IMG/VR virus record: IMGVR_UViG_3300012165_000001
Span: 1 to 57,320 of that record
Strand: one strand, 5' to 3'
Source: a virus
Length of the DNA stretch: 57,320 bases
Both the position numbers and the translations under genes were made by a program. Below the pieces are notes generated by a model. It did not search any database, was not told where the DNA came from, and saw nothing but the letters and a program-made list of their open reading frames with translations. Shown here in pieces: positions 1 through 8,671 of the stretch (position 1 is the stretch's first letter; each line of letters begins with the position of its first letter).

Positions 1-123
1 GCCCAATCCTGGGATAGTCCATCATCCTCGGCGGTAAAATATCGGGTACACTTTGCATTCGCATGACTGGCGGCTGCATCCAAGGTGAAATGAAATTCCG
101 AATCTAATTTATTGAAAAAATCC
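1..123. repeat. Terminal direct repeat; bases 1-123 are identical to 57198-57320 (circular assembly overlap or terminal redundancy)
   Basis: Both ends read base by base give the same string gcccaatcctggg...ttgaaaaaatcc. Confidence 0.95.
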
Positions 124-173
124 CACGGTGTACACCAATCGTCTTTATTGCTGGAGAAATGCACTTTATCCAT
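1..173 (-). CDS. dam: 5' portion of the phage Dam-type N6-adenine DNA methyltransferase gene (same gene as 56918-57320, split by the window junction)
   Basis: ATG at 173 with AAGGAGG 9 nt upstream. Hand translation MDKVHFSSNKDDWCTPWDFFNKLDSEFHFTLDAAAS joins the 56918-57280 ORF in frame through the repeat. Confidence 0.85.
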   Translation of the reverse strand, partial: MDKVHFSSNKDDWCTPWDFFNKLDSEFHFTLDAAASHANAKCTRYFTAEDDGLSQDW

Positions 174-194
174 CGGCCTCTACCTCCTTTATCC

Positions 195-395
195 TTATAT
201 CCTTGTCAACTCCCTATATTTCGATTGGCAGGCATCTCCACTCCTGCCCAACCTATCCCCAGCCTGCTTGCCCGTTTCTCCGTGATTAATCAGGTATAAC
301 AGAAATCTTTCTTCTTTCCCGCTCCATGGTCTAGGCCCCTTTCTGTCAGGGCATATTTCGATGCAATCGCAGCAAGGATGATTTGAGCATTTCAT
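195..395 (-). CDS. Small Cys-rich protein with a Myb/SANT-like helix-turn-helix
   Basis: RPWSGKEERFLLYLINHGETGKQAGDRLGRSGDACQSKYREL fits the W..EE..L...G.......LGRS..C..Y Myb repeat pattern. ATGA overlap with the upstream gene. Confidence 0.5.
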   Translation of the reverse strand: MKCSNHPCCDCIEICPDRKGPRPWSGKEERFLLYLINHGETGKQAGDRLGRSGDACQSKYRELTRI

Positions 396-1105
396 GGCTG
401 CACCTCCATCGCCTTGCGCAAATCGTCTTTTATATAGTAGCTTCGGCCATGCTCAACACAAAGTCTTTCACATTCGCGCCCAAACTCTCCCCAATCAATA
501 TCAGAGGGCGCATAGTTGAGCTTCCCTATTTTGAATATATCAATAAAATCTATATCGCGTATCATAGCAAATACATATGACGGATTATATACAGGCTCAA
601 AAGAAGCCCATGTTTTTATACCCGATTCGCTTGCCCTCAATAAACTATTCAATCTTTCGTATGGCGTTCCCGTGTTTGGTTCATTTTCTTTAATCCATCT
701 GCTATATTCTGTTAGCGTCACGCCGAACCAATCCCCGCCATCCAGCAAATCAAAATCCCGCAAAGCGCGATTGCCGCCTTTTGTCAGAATCCGCACATGA
801 TTCCCGCTATTCTTGATAATTTCAATCACTTCACGGGTAACGCTGGTGTCAATGTCGGCGGGATATGGGTCACAGGTAAAGCACAACTGAATTTCGCGGT
901 CTCTTATGCCCTCGGTCACTAGTTGTTTTTTAAGTGCGTCCACAAGGCCATTGCGCGGCTCCACGGCGGCGAATTGTTTCTGTGTCTTATGTAGTACCCT
1001 CGGCGCATAGCAGTACACACAGCCATGATTACATCCGGTGTAGATGTTAATTGCCAAGTCACAATATTCTTGCGCACGGCCTTTCGGCTCATAAATTGGC
1101 TTCAT
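392..1105 (-). CDS. Radical SAM protein, SplB/DNA-photolyase-like (COG1533-type)
   Basis: N-terminus MKPIYEPKGRAQEY..NIYTGCNHGCVYCYA carries the CxxxCxxC cluster motif typical of this family. Confidence 0.7.
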   Translation of the reverse strand: MKPIYEPKGRAQEYCDLAINIYTGCNHGCVYCYAPRVLHKTQKQFAAVEPRNGLVDALKKQLVTEGIRDREIQLCFTCDPYPADIDTSVTREVIEIIKNSGNHVRILTKGGNRALRDFDLLDGGDWFGVTLTEYSRWIKENEPNTGTPYERLNSLLRASESGIKTWASFEPVYNPSYVFAMIRDIDFIDIFKIGKLNYAPSDIDWGEFGRECERLCVEHGRSYYIKDDLRKAMEVQP

Positions 1106-1144
1106 CCTGATTCCTCCAGTTCAATTTTGATTTCCACACGGGGA

Positions 1145-1492
1145 TTATTGAATCTCGATTTTAACTCCATCCCCATCCCAAAAATAAACAGAATGGCTTG
1201 ATACGTGGCGCTTATTATCGTCCGCTATCAAGTAACCCTTTAGGCCGTCAATAATGAGCTTGACAATATACCCGTGGTTGTCTGAATCAAGGCGGGAATT
1301 AAACCAGAAGTCAATATGTATGGATTTCTTAAAAAACTTCCGGGGAATCTTCTGCCGCCTTAATTCAGATAGTACCCGATAATGCCAATAGTCCGCGTCC
1401 TGCTTTCGCTTTGACCAATGCCGCCCTTGATAGATTTTATTGAGGCTATATTCTCCTAAGTTTGATTTAGTTTCTGGTATCGTAAACACCAT
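1145..1492 (-). CDS. rusA: RusA-like Holliday junction resolvase
   Basis: 115 aa with DSDNHGYIVKLIIDGLKGYLIADDNKRHV, which matches the RusA D.DN...K...D.L...DD signature. Follows dnaB. Confidence 0.7.
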   Translation of the reverse strand: MVFTIPETKSNLGEYSLNKIYQGRHWSKRKQDADYWHYRVLSELRRQKIPRKFFKKSIHIDFWFNSRLDSDNHGYIVKLIIDGLKGYLIADDNKRHVSSHSVYFWDGDGVKIEIQ

Positions 1493-2766
1493 TAAGAATA
1501 CCTCGTCTCAATCTCGCTAAATCGCTGATATTCCCCCTGAAAGTGCAATTTCACACTTCCCGTCTGTCCTTCTTTGTTTTTTGCGATAATAACTTGGCGC
1601 TGTGTAGGATCATCATCTTCCGGTGCATGTAATAACAAAATAATATCCGCATCCTGCTCAATCTGTCCAGATTCCCGCAAATTTTCCATTGTTGGCTCTC
1701 CGGTTCCAGCTCTATTTAGTTGAGATAAACCAAATACAGTTATTTTAGATTGCTGCGCTAGCGTATGCAATTCATAGGATATATTAGTCATCTTCTCATA
1801 CCTGCTGTTTCCGTCGGCATGGATTAGGCCGATATAATCGATGAATATTACTTCTGCGCCCAATTGCACTGCCTTTGCCTTGATTTGCGCTACCGTCCAT
1901 CCAGCGGCTTCTATGGTATATAAATCCAATTCATCAAAAACCTTTTTAGTATCAAGAATTTTCTGATAATCAATACCATTTCTGGATTTTATGCGCCCGA
2001 AATATTCACCACTAAGATTTGCAACTAATCTGGCAAATAGCTTTCCATTCTTGGTTTCAAGGCTGAAATATGCCACCTTGTTATGCTTCGCAATATTCTT
2101 CGCTATATCCAACGTTAGCGCCGTCTTTCCTACAGATGGCCGTGCACCAATAACGATAAAATCACCACGTTCAATGTATGTATGTTGATCGATTTTCGAA
2201 AATTCTGTGCGAATATATTCTATTGGATGCTGTAGTGAGGAATAGAATTGGTGAAATCCTTCTTTTGCCGATACTGTATCGCCCGTAGTGACCGTGGAAA
2301 GCTGTTCACATATCCTTGCTGCCATCTGCTGACATTCTTGCACGTCCGCTCGGTCCGTAAGCAAGCCAATCAGTTCTGCGGTGGCCTCATGTGCTCTATA
2401 TCGCTTTGCTGTATCAATTACAATCCGTGCATAGGATTTCCAGTTACCAGTAGATGGCATTGACTGAACGCATTCGGCGATTATTGCCTTGTATTCATCG
2501 CCATGCTGTGCTAATAGAGTAACGACATCAATAGGCTTTCCATCCACGAAATAGCCGATCATGGTCCGGTACAGTGTACGGTATTCGCTGATAAGAAAAT
2601 CATTTTCAGATAAAATTTCCTCGCATTCCGGCATGATCCTGTCAGCGTCTATAAGAATGGCTCCAACAATGGAACGTTCGGCTTCTATATTGGGCTGGAC
2701 GCCCGAGAATAAATCAATCAAGGGATTTCCACACCTTTCCTTGTGGTTCTTTTTTGTGCGGTTCAA
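1492..2766 (-). CDS. dnaB: Replicative DNA helicase DnaB; start uncertain (TTG at 2766 or TTG at 2721)
   Basis: Walker A GARPSVGKTALTLDIA, N-terminal NIEAERSIVGAIL and C-terminal RNGxxG/EQDAD motifs. Confidence 0.9.
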   Translation of the reverse strand: MNRTKKNHKERCGNPLIDLFSGVQPNIEAERSIVGAILIDADRIMPECEEILSENDFLISEYRTLYRTMIGYFVDGKPIDVVTLLAQHGDEYKAIIAECVQSMPSTGNWKSYARIVIDTAKRYRAHEATAELIGLLTDRADVQECQQMAARICEQLSTVTTGDTVSAKEGFHQFYSSLQHPIEYIRTEFSKIDQHTYIERGDFIVIGARPSVGKTALTLDIAKNIAKHNKVAYFSLETKNGKLFARLVANLSGEYFGRIKSRNGIDYQKILDTKKVFDELDLYTIEAAGWTVAQIKAKAVQLGAEVIFIDYIGLIHADGNSRYEKMTNISYELHTLAQQSKITVFGLSQLNRAGTGEPTMENLRESGQIEQDADIILLLHAPEDDDPTQRQVIIAKNKEGQTGSVKLHFQGEYQRFSEIETRYS

Positions 2767-3400
2767 CCTCGTCCTTCCATCCTCCAGCCCTCAACCAAGT
2801 CCCTGGATAGGGGATATATTTCATCTGTTGGCTTGACCATTCTCCAGAATCCTTCATTAGTTGAATAGACGCGATCATTTCGCCAACAAGAATTGGATTG
2901 GGCTTTCGGGATTTAAACGCTTTAAATGCATCGTCTTTACTTCTTTTTTTTGGATATGCCTCCCAAAATTGCATAAATAGCTTTTCGTTACTTTGCGCAT
3001 TACATATATCTGTGTTTATATCTGGTATAGTACAATCTCCATTTTTGTCAAATTGATTTGACTTATTTGGTAAATCCATTTGACATTTTGGGATAATCGA
3101 GTTTCCCTTATCGGTTAATGCATACCACTTAGTTCTGTCGTATGCAGATTTATTATAGTTGCCCGTAATAATAATGTCAGCATCTTCTAGTTTCTTAAGG
3201 GCGGTCATGATTTGTTTATTGGTCATATAAGGAAATAACTTCTGGAATGCCGCAACAGTATTATGCGTCCAATAGCGTCCATCATAAAAATTATCATTAT
3301 TTGCTTTATTTTTTTCAATCCAAAAGCTTATATTATTTAAAATTATAGCTGCATTAACCCCATATTCCTGTGCTATTTCAATAACAAATGAATGCTCCAT
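2714..3400 (-). CDS. Phage replisome organiser / replication initiator (DnaD-like N-terminal winged helix)
   Basis: IAQEYGVNAAIILNNISFWIEKNKAN..RYWTHNTVAAFQKLFPYMTNKQI resembles phage replisome-organiser N-termini. Sits directly upstream of dnaB. Confidence 0.6.
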   Translation of the reverse strand: MEHSFVIEIAQEYGVNAAIILNNISFWIEKNKANNDNFYDGRYWTHNTVAAFQKLFPYMTNKQIMTALKKLEDADIIITGNYNKSAYDRTKWYALTDKGNSIIPKCQMDLPNKSNQFDKNGDCTIPDINTDICNAQSNEKLFMQFWEAYPKKRSKDDAFKAFKSRKPNPILVGEMIASIQLMKDSGEWSSQQMKYIPYPGTWLRAGGWKDEVEPHKKEPQGKVWKSLD

Positions 3401-3403
3401 ATG

Positions 3404-3739
3404 TCACCTCCGGCCCCATTCCCGATCAATCTGTCCTTCAATGATCCGAATTTGAAGTTTGTAGGAATTGATTGCCTCTCCTGCTGATTTATACAATGAT
3501 TCTGCTATGTCTTTATCCATGCGCAAATCCGCTATTCTCTCATTGCCCTTGCATATATCGGATATAATCGTCACAGGAACCCCAGAATTGCGCTGTATGA
3601 GGATTTCTTTTGCAAGAGATACCTGGTACTCTCTACGTGCCTTGGCGTATTTTTCGCCCCGTTTTCGGTGTTCTGAGAGGGCAGAGTTTAATGCCTTTAC
3701 TTTATTATCAATTTCCAAATATAAGTCTTGGCCGCTCAT
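3404..3739 (-). CDS. Hypothetical coiled-coil protein
   Basis: 111-aa ORF in the operon, ATGA-type overlap with neighbours. Confidence 0.5.
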   Translation of the reverse strand: MSGQDLYLEIDNKVKALNSALSEHRKRGEKYAKARREYQVSLAKEILIQRNSGVPVTIISDICKGNERIADLRMDKDIAESLYKSAGEAINSYKLQIRIIEGQIDREWGRR

Positions 3740-3999
3740 TCCAAATAATTCCTCCCAAATATTTTCATAAATTCTTCTCGCGTATGCGTCTGCTCAAATT
3801 CTGCTTGAAATTCGCGCTTTAATCTCAAGTCCAGCGTCCGATTAAAATGCACGCCCTGTGGGCCGGTATGGTGGCTCATACACAAATCAACCACCATACC
3901 ATAGTTATCAGATAGCTTTCGATATCCACTGCCAAAGAACACATGATGGGCTTGGATGTCCCGTGTGGTCTTACAGATATAACACTCTCTGTCAATCAA
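3736..3999 (-). CDS. Small Cys/His-rich phage protein (HNH-like or zinc-binding)
   Basis: CYICK..AHHVFFG...CMSHH pattern; translationally coupled to the SSB gene. Confidence 0.45.
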   Translation of the reverse strand: MIDRECYICKTTRDIQAHHVFFGSGYRKLSDNYGMVVDLCMSHHTGPQGVHFNRTLDLRLKREFQAEFEQTHTREEFMKIFGRNYLE

Positions 4000-4613
4000 A
4001 ATGGAAGATCCTCATCACCTGAATACATTTCATTTGTAACGTCTTTGAAGTCATCGGAAGTGTCCACCTGTGCGCCGGTAAGATTCAAGTATTCAGGGGA
4101 AGATTTGATTTTATCCCTTACCCATTCCGGAAGTTTTTCCATAATTGACAAGCAGGAATCCGCAGACAAATCAAAGTAAATATTCTCGCCAACCGGTGCA
4201 GGCGCTTGCATTCCTTTTGGAAGTGACATTATGGATGAAATGTTAGCATATCCCTTGTCATTGTGTAGCACTTGAATCTGGCAGGCCTTGCCAAGAACAT
4301 TAACCAAATCAAATCCATTAAGCTCTGAATCCGTAAATTTTCTGCCGCGCCATGATTCTAGGTCTGCCCGAAGTTTCGCCTTTTCATTAAGCGAGAGAGT
4401 ATATTCTTTGCTAATAAATTTAGGCTTTTCTTCACCTTCAATAATCACAGTATCATCCGGCACTTCCCATGTGAACATGATTTTCCGTTGGGAATTTCCA
4501 AATCTTTCGTTAAATTGAGTGCCGATATCCACTATGCGAGTACATAACGCTATATGAACACCTGCTGCGACGGGATTTCCGCCGCCTCCGCTTGCCTTTG
4601 CCATGATCGCCAT
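3996..4613 (-). CDS. Phage single-stranded DNA-binding protein, DUF669-like
   Basis: 205 aa ending in the acidic tail SGDEDLPF typical of SSB C-termini. N-terminal GVHIALCTRIVDIGTQ OB-like region. GGAGG RBS. Confidence 0.65.
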   Translation of the reverse strand: MAIMAKASGGGGNPVAAGVHIALCTRIVDIGTQFNERFGNSQRKIMFTWEVPDDTVIIEGEEKPKFISKEYTLSLNEKAKLRADLESWRGRKFTDSELNGFDLVNVLGKACQIQVLHNDKGYANISSIMSLPKGMQAPAPVGENIYFDLSADSCLSIMEKLPEWVRDKIKSSPEYLNLTGAQVDTSDDFKDVTNEMYSGDEDLPF

Positions 4614-4616
4614 TGA

Positions 4617-4838
4617 TTATTCCTCCATTTCAAATGTGAATGGGCATCTCTCGCCCCGCTCTTTTTTATAATTAAGAATCCACTCTCCTGTAATCCGACA
4701 ACTATGCCGATCATATGACTGCTGATAGGATATATAGGTACAATATTGACAGTATGGAGCCTTGGCCGGGAGAGCAGCTTTTATTGTCGCCTCCCCGATT
4801 ATGTAATTGTCGCATGAGCCAAGAGATTCCCATATCAT
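4617..4838 (-). CDS. Hypothetical Cys-rich protein (start moved to the ATG at 4838)
   Basis: ATGA overlap with the stop of 4835-5101. Multiple Cys (CDNY..CQYC..C..C). Confidence 0.45.
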   Translation of the reverse strand: MIWESLGSCDNYIIGEATIKAALPAKAPYCQYCTYISYQQSYDRHSCRITGEWILNYKKERGERCPFTFEMEE

Positions 4839-5101
4839 GACAACCTCTGCCCTTCCCACAGGCAATCCAAGTATTCCCAATCTTTAATTGTTCCTGGTTC
4901 CGGCGGATTTGGATCGAATAGTAATTCGGTTTCCACTTCAATTGTTTTCCCCTTTGGTTTAAAGAGTAATAGACCGCCCATAACACATTCAATCTCCCGT
5001 TTTGTAAGTCCGGCATAATTCGTAATATCAAAATCAATCCCGGCCTCGTCAAGCTGCTTTTGGTAGATGGATAGATCGCCGGTGAAATCGTAGTCATACA
5101 T
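4835..5101 (-). CDS. Hypothetical protein
   Basis: 88-aa ORF with AAGGAGG RBS. Confidence 0.55.
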   Translation of the reverse strand: MYDYDFTGDLSIYQKQLDEAGIDFDITNYAGLTKREIECVMGGLLLFKPKGKTIEVETELLFDPNPPEPGTIKDWEYLDCLWEGQRLS

Positions 5102-5115
5102 GTGGTGAATCCTCC

Positions 5116-5553
5116 TTAATTATCAAACCAAAAGACGAATCTTACATCCTCAACGCCATCTGGCAAAGAGCAATCCTCATATTTTACATGGCCTGCGAAT
5201 GAATTTCTGAATAGGTATGTTCTTAGTATTTGGTGTTCAAGGTCATATCCCAAGAATCCCACATTATCCCTTTCGCCCCAATCATTAAGCGTTTCTGATA
5301 ATATTAAAATTTCATTTGCATTAAGCCAAGAATCAGTATGTCCGTCACGCCCCATATCCTCTCTTTCAAGTTTGGTGATAATGGAAACATCGTCAGGCAA
5401 GCCCCTTGGAGGCGATATTGGATTAACTTCCATGTTACGCACACCCGCAAGCAATCCAAATAACTTATACCATCTATCAACGCTCGGCGCGGCATAATGT
5501 TCCCACTTTCCACTTACCTTTAATTCGATATGTAAATGAATATCGCAGCCCAT
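5116..5553 (-). CDS. Conserved phage hypothetical protein (MGCDIHLHIE N-terminus)
   Basis: ATG at 5553 preceded by GGGAGG; 145 aa. Confidence 0.55.
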   Translation of the reverse strand: MGCDIHLHIELKVSGKWEHYAAPSVDRWYKLFGLLAGVRNMEVNPISPPRGLPDDVSIITKLEREDMGRDGHTDSWLNANEILILSETLNDWGERDNVGFLGYDLEHQILRTYLFRNSFAGHVKYEDCSLPDGVEDVRFVFWFDN

Positions 5554-5720
5554 CAATAATTCCTCCCTAAAATTTCATTTTCTCGTCTCTGTTCGTACTC
5601 CATATCCTCCAACGTATACCACCAATCCTCATACGGCAAAATCTCGTCAACGTCAGGCGGCTCCAAACGCTCAAGCCTTTCCAGCGCTCGTTGATCTTCA
5701 ATGGATAGCACTTGATGCAC
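5553..5720 (-). CDS. Small acidic hypothetical protein (GTG start), not in the ORF track
   Basis: Hand translation VHQVLSIEDQRALERLERLEPPDVDEILPYEDWWYTLEDMEYEQRRENEILGRNY fills an otherwise empty gap. Its stop overlaps the next ATG. Confidence 0.4.
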   Translation of the reverse strand: MHQVLSIEDQRALERLERLEPPDVDEILPYEDWWYTLEDMEYEQRRENEILGRNY

Positions 5721-5728
5721 CGCCTTTT

Positions 5729-6325
5729 CTACTGACTACTGGATTTATCAGCAATGCACTTGATATTCCCGTCAATGCGCCGGTATATATCGCTCTGCAT
5801 GATAACACCCATGACCGTTTCAGAAAGCATGTTGCGGGTCTGCGTGTCAAAAATCTCTTTGACTTTGGAATTAACGTCTTTGCGAAGTGCATCAATATTA
5901 GTTTTGATATGCTTTTCAATTTCGCCATCAACGCAATGGTTAATCACGTAATCACTAAACTTGACGGATGAATAATCGTTGCGACCGTTGGGCGTTCTGA
6001 CTTTTATTTCTTCCTTTTCAACGATCTTGCGAATTTCCTCTTTCACAAATTCGCGGTAGGTATATATTTTGGCTTCTTCTTTCCAGCCACCGCCAACAGA
6101 GACTGTACTATTTTCGGCAATGTCGCAGAGAAGTTCTTCTACAAAATCAATCGCCTTTTCTCTGGATATGGCCTCAACCTCTGGCTTTAGCTGCTCGATA
6201 AAATCCCGCTTGATTTCGGCGCGGATATCGTCAAGCGTTTCGCCGCTTAATGCCTCCATGACTGCCGCCTTTATGCCATCCCGAAGTTCCTGCATGTCAT
6301 ATTCGATCTTCAATATATTAGCCAT
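5729..6325 (-). CDS. Hypothetical acidic protein
   Basis: ATG at 6325 with GGAGG 7 nt upstream; 198 aa. Confidence 0.55.
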   Translation of the reverse strand: MANILKIEYDMQELRDGIKAAVMEALSGETLDDIRAEIKRDFIEQLKPEVEAISREKAIDFVEELLCDIAENSTVSVGGGWKEEAKIYTYREFVKEEIRKIVEKEEIKVRTPNGRNDYSSVKFSDYVINHCVDGEIEKHIKTNIDALRKDVNSKVKEIFDTQTRNMLSETVMGVIMQSDIYRRIDGNIKCIADKSSSQ

Positions 6326-6327
6326 TT

Positions 6328-6555
6328 TCAATCCTCCACAATCGTTACTTTTGTTCTGATTTTGATTTTGATGATAGTATCGGTCGCGCCAATCTCTTCA
6401 AGGTATCGCTCATATGCGGATTCGCAATATGCGCCCTCGCAAAATACTTGACCATTGGGTGTTCCATAGCTTGCATGTTCGCCATAATCAGTATCGGCGC
6501 AATAACCGCATAGCTCCTCGGAATCTTGAAGCTGCTCCATTGTTTGAGGAATCAT
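6328..6555 (-). CDS. Hypothetical Cys-rich small protein
   Basis: 75 aa, GGAGGG RBS. Confidence 0.55.
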   Translation of the reverse strand: MIPQTMEQLQDSEELCGYCADTDYGEHASYGTPNGQVFCEGAYCESAYERYLEEIGATDTIIKIKIRTKVTIVED

Positions 6556-6556
6556 A

Positions 6557-6584
6557 TTGACAAACCCTCCAATTTCGCTATAAT
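6557..6584 (+). promoter_or_regulatory. Near-consensus sigma-70 promoter on the plus strand, opposite to the surrounding operon
   Basis: TTGACA (6557-6562), 16-nt spacer, TATAAT (6579-6584). Confidence 0.5.
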
Positions 6585-6604
6585 AAAGATGAATAGTTTC
6601 CTTT

Positions 6605-6640
6605 GCCGCCTTGGTGTTGCTTCACTGGGCGGCGTTTTTA
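6605..6640 (+). terminator. Intrinsic terminator on the plus strand, about 20 nt downstream of the 6557 promoter
   Basis: GCCGCC (6605-6610) pairs with GGCGGC (6628-6633), followed by GTTTTTA. Confidence 0.5.
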
Positions 6641-6826
6641 CGCATGCATGAGATATTCAACCGCATATCCACCGCCAAAGTATTTGCCCGTTTCGTGACA
6701 CTTCATTTTGACTACATCGGAACCGCATATGCTATATGGATCGCTCAAAACTTCAAATATGCAGCCCTTATACTTTTCTTCCTCTGCGCTGCCTACAATA
6801 ACTACCTGATCGCCTTTCTTAAGCAT
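6638..6826 (-). CDS. Hypothetical small protein
   Basis: 62-aa ORF in the operon. Confidence 0.45.
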   Translation of the reverse strand: MLKKGDQVVIVGSAEEEKYKGCIFEVLSDPYSICGSDVVKMKCHETGKYFGGGYAVEYLMHA

Positions 6827-6878
6827 GAATTTCTCATTTCAATCTGCCCTATCGTAATTCCATCGCGGTGGGCGGCGC

Positions 6879-6965
6879 TTATTTCTTCTTGTTTTGCCAA
6901 AGCATTATGATATTTACCACCAGAATCAAAATGCTGAAATTCCCTTCCTTAAACCAATCAAACAT
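6879..6965 (-). CDS. 28-aa membrane micro-ORF (MFDWFKEGNFSILILVVNIIMLWQNKKK), not in the ORF track
   Basis: Strong GGGAGGAAAT RBS before the ATG at 6965; hydrophobic core plus KKK tail. Confidence 0.4.
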   Translation of the reverse strand: MFDWFKEGNFSILILVVNIIMLWQNKKK

Positions 6966-6977
6966 ATTTCCTCCCGT

Positions 6978-7292
6978 CTATTCCTCAAGCCCGTCTGGCG
7001 AAACTATCTCCAACCTTCCAACGCTGGGTGCATAATGGTATTCCAGCGTTCCTTTTGCGCCGCCCATCACAAGCACTACGGCGCGTTCGTTTTTAGATAC
7101 ATTAGGGCCGGATTTATCCCGCTTAATGATGATATTATTTTCGGTCCAAACGTTTCGAATGTCTTTCCCAGCCGGAACAAACGCCAATACCTTGCCGACG
7201 CGTTTTGGCATTTCTTTCAAATCATATGGTCTGGTGTCCCATCTCGTCCATTTCGTCCATTGGACGGTATCGCCGACTTTAATTTTGCTCAT
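6978..7292 (-). CDS. Hypothetical protein (start moved to the ATG at 7292)
   Basis: GAGGAGAGGG RBS upstream of MSKIKVGDTVQW. Confidence 0.5.
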   Translation of the reverse strand: MSKIKVGDTVQWTKWTRWDTRPYDLKEMPKRVGKVLAFVPAGKDIRNVWTENNIIIKRDKSGPNVSKNERAVVLVMGGAKGTLEYHYAPSVGRLEIVSPDGLEE

Positions 7293-7333
7293 AATATTTC
7301 CCTCTCCTCGCCGCGAATTCACGCGGTCGATGC

Positions 7334-7570
7334 TTATTCTTCAATAATCCTTTCCTCAGCCCACTGCGAAAATGACTGTCGTGTTATGCTGTGCTCATTC
7401 CCATCGGTGCGGTTATGCTTGGTTCCGTCCCTAATAACCCTATATCGGATGCAAACCGCATCCCGAACGCCACGATATAATACACATTTATCCCCCTCTG
7501 CTATAACCTTGCGGATCCCGCCCTTGCCATTGGAATATGTGCCGCCTACTACAATTTCGTTCTTTTTCAT
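7334..7570 (-). CDS. Hypothetical protein
   Basis: 78 aa, ATGA overlap with the upstream gene. Confidence 0.5.
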   Translation of the reverse strand: MKKNEIVVGGTYSNGKGGIRKVIAEGDKCVLYRGVRDAVCIRYRVIRDGTKHNRTDGNEHSITRQSFSQWAEERIIEE

Positions 7571-8265
7571 GATGCATTAACCTCCTCCATTATCTTTCGC
7601 GAATACCGCGTACTGGTCAACCCATTCCTCAGCATCCGGGACTCGCCGCAATTGTATGCTGTGAGTGCCTGCTCCGGCGGATATCGGTGCCAGTAATCTG
7701 CTAGGATGATAATTCCCGCCTCAATGCCGCCCTCCTCCGAATGCACATCTATTTCCATCTCCTCCAACTCCGGCCATGCGATTGCATTCACCATCATAAA
7801 GCCGGTGGAATAGAGGCCGTTGGAGTCCATGACAGTCAAATCCCGGTAGCCCGTCTCCTGGTACATAACGGCCAGCACAACCTCAAAAGGAACATCATAT
7901 TCTTGGCAAAGCTCCCAGGTGTGTTGCTGCAAGTCTATCGGCAGTGGAATGTCCATAGGCGTAAAGGTAGGTGCTGGGGGCTCCACGGGCTCCGGTACGG
8001 TCATTTGTACGGGTTCGGGGTGCTGGACTACATCTTGGGTTGCTATGGCCTTGTGGGCCTCCTGAGCGTCTTCCTTGAGTGCGGTTATCTGTACGGCCTG
8101 CGATGCAGCGCAGATTACCATAAGGGCAAGGCAGGCCATGATTATTATGTAGAATCGTCGTGAGTCCATTGGTATCACGTCCTTTATGTATTGTCGGAAA
8201 TTTTGATTGCTTCTTGTTTCTTCTGCATCCTCAGAAAATAAGGATTCGGGATGAAGTTTTTGCAT
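7567..8265 (-). CDS. Membrane-anchored lytic transglycosylase-like protein
   Basis: N-terminal TM segment FYIIIMACLALMVICAA. C-terminal VLAVMYQETGY...YSTGFMMVN...AYNCG resembles SLT domain motifs. Confidence 0.5.
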   Translation of the reverse strand: MQKLHPESLFSEDAEETRSNQNFRQYIKDVIPMDSRRFYIIIMACLALMVICAASQAVQITALKEDAQEAHKAIATQDVVQHPEPVQMTVPEPVEPPAPTFTPMDIPLPIDLQQHTWELCQEYDVPFEVVLAVMYQETGYRDLTVMDSNGLYSTGFMMVNAIAWPELEEMEIDVHSEEGGIEAGIIILADYWHRYPPEQALTAYNCGESRMLRNGLTSTRYSRKIMEEVNAS

Positions 8266-8311
8266 TGGCAGAGTCTTTCAAAGACTTTGCGTTGAGATTG
8301 CGTCAATTTAC

Positions 8312-8590
8312 TCATGCCCCCTTTACCATCTCCACTATCAGCGAAATAAGTTGATCCGCTCCCATGTCCTCGCCGCTATCCCAGCGATCAAACCGCTTGC
8401 GATGTATTCGATATTGCCAGCCTCCGGTTTCTCCATTATGGAATACCTCGGCATATGGATATAATTTTTGCGTACGATCCCTATAATAATCTCGGCGCAA
8501 TTCTTCCGTCATTTTCTCAACACTTAATCCCTTCCGCTTGGCAAGCTCGGCAGGAAGCATATATTCATCTGGTAACGCATTCCGGGCCAT
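8312..8590 (-). CDS. Hypothetical protein
   Basis: 92 aa with GGAGGAGG RBS. Confidence 0.5.
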   Translation of the reverse strand: MARNALPDEYMLPAELAKRKGLSVEKMTEELRRDYYRDRTQKLYPYAEVFHNGETGGWQYRIHRKRFDRWDSGEDMGADQLISLIVEMVKGA

Positions 8591-8604
8591 ATTGCACCTC
8601 CTCC

Positions 8605-8633
8605 TTGTGTTGGAGCCGTACCCATGCTATAAT
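8605..8633 (+). promoter_or_regulatory. Plus-strand sigma-70-like promoter
   Basis: TTGTGT, 17-nt spacer, TATAAT (8628-8633). Confidence 0.45.
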
Positions 8634-8671
8634 AGCGATGGGCGCAGCAGTGGTGTTGTTGCGTCCGTATA

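Noticed and set aside
6894-7580. 228-aa plus-strand ORF (with similar long antisense ORFs at 26398-27201, 31806-32657, 40610-41518, 7741-8163 and 10155-10694)
   Set aside because: Each is entirely antisense to well-supported minus-strand genes (RBS-linked, motif-bearing). None has an RBS, and the translations are low-complexity or odd in composition. They are shadow ORFs.
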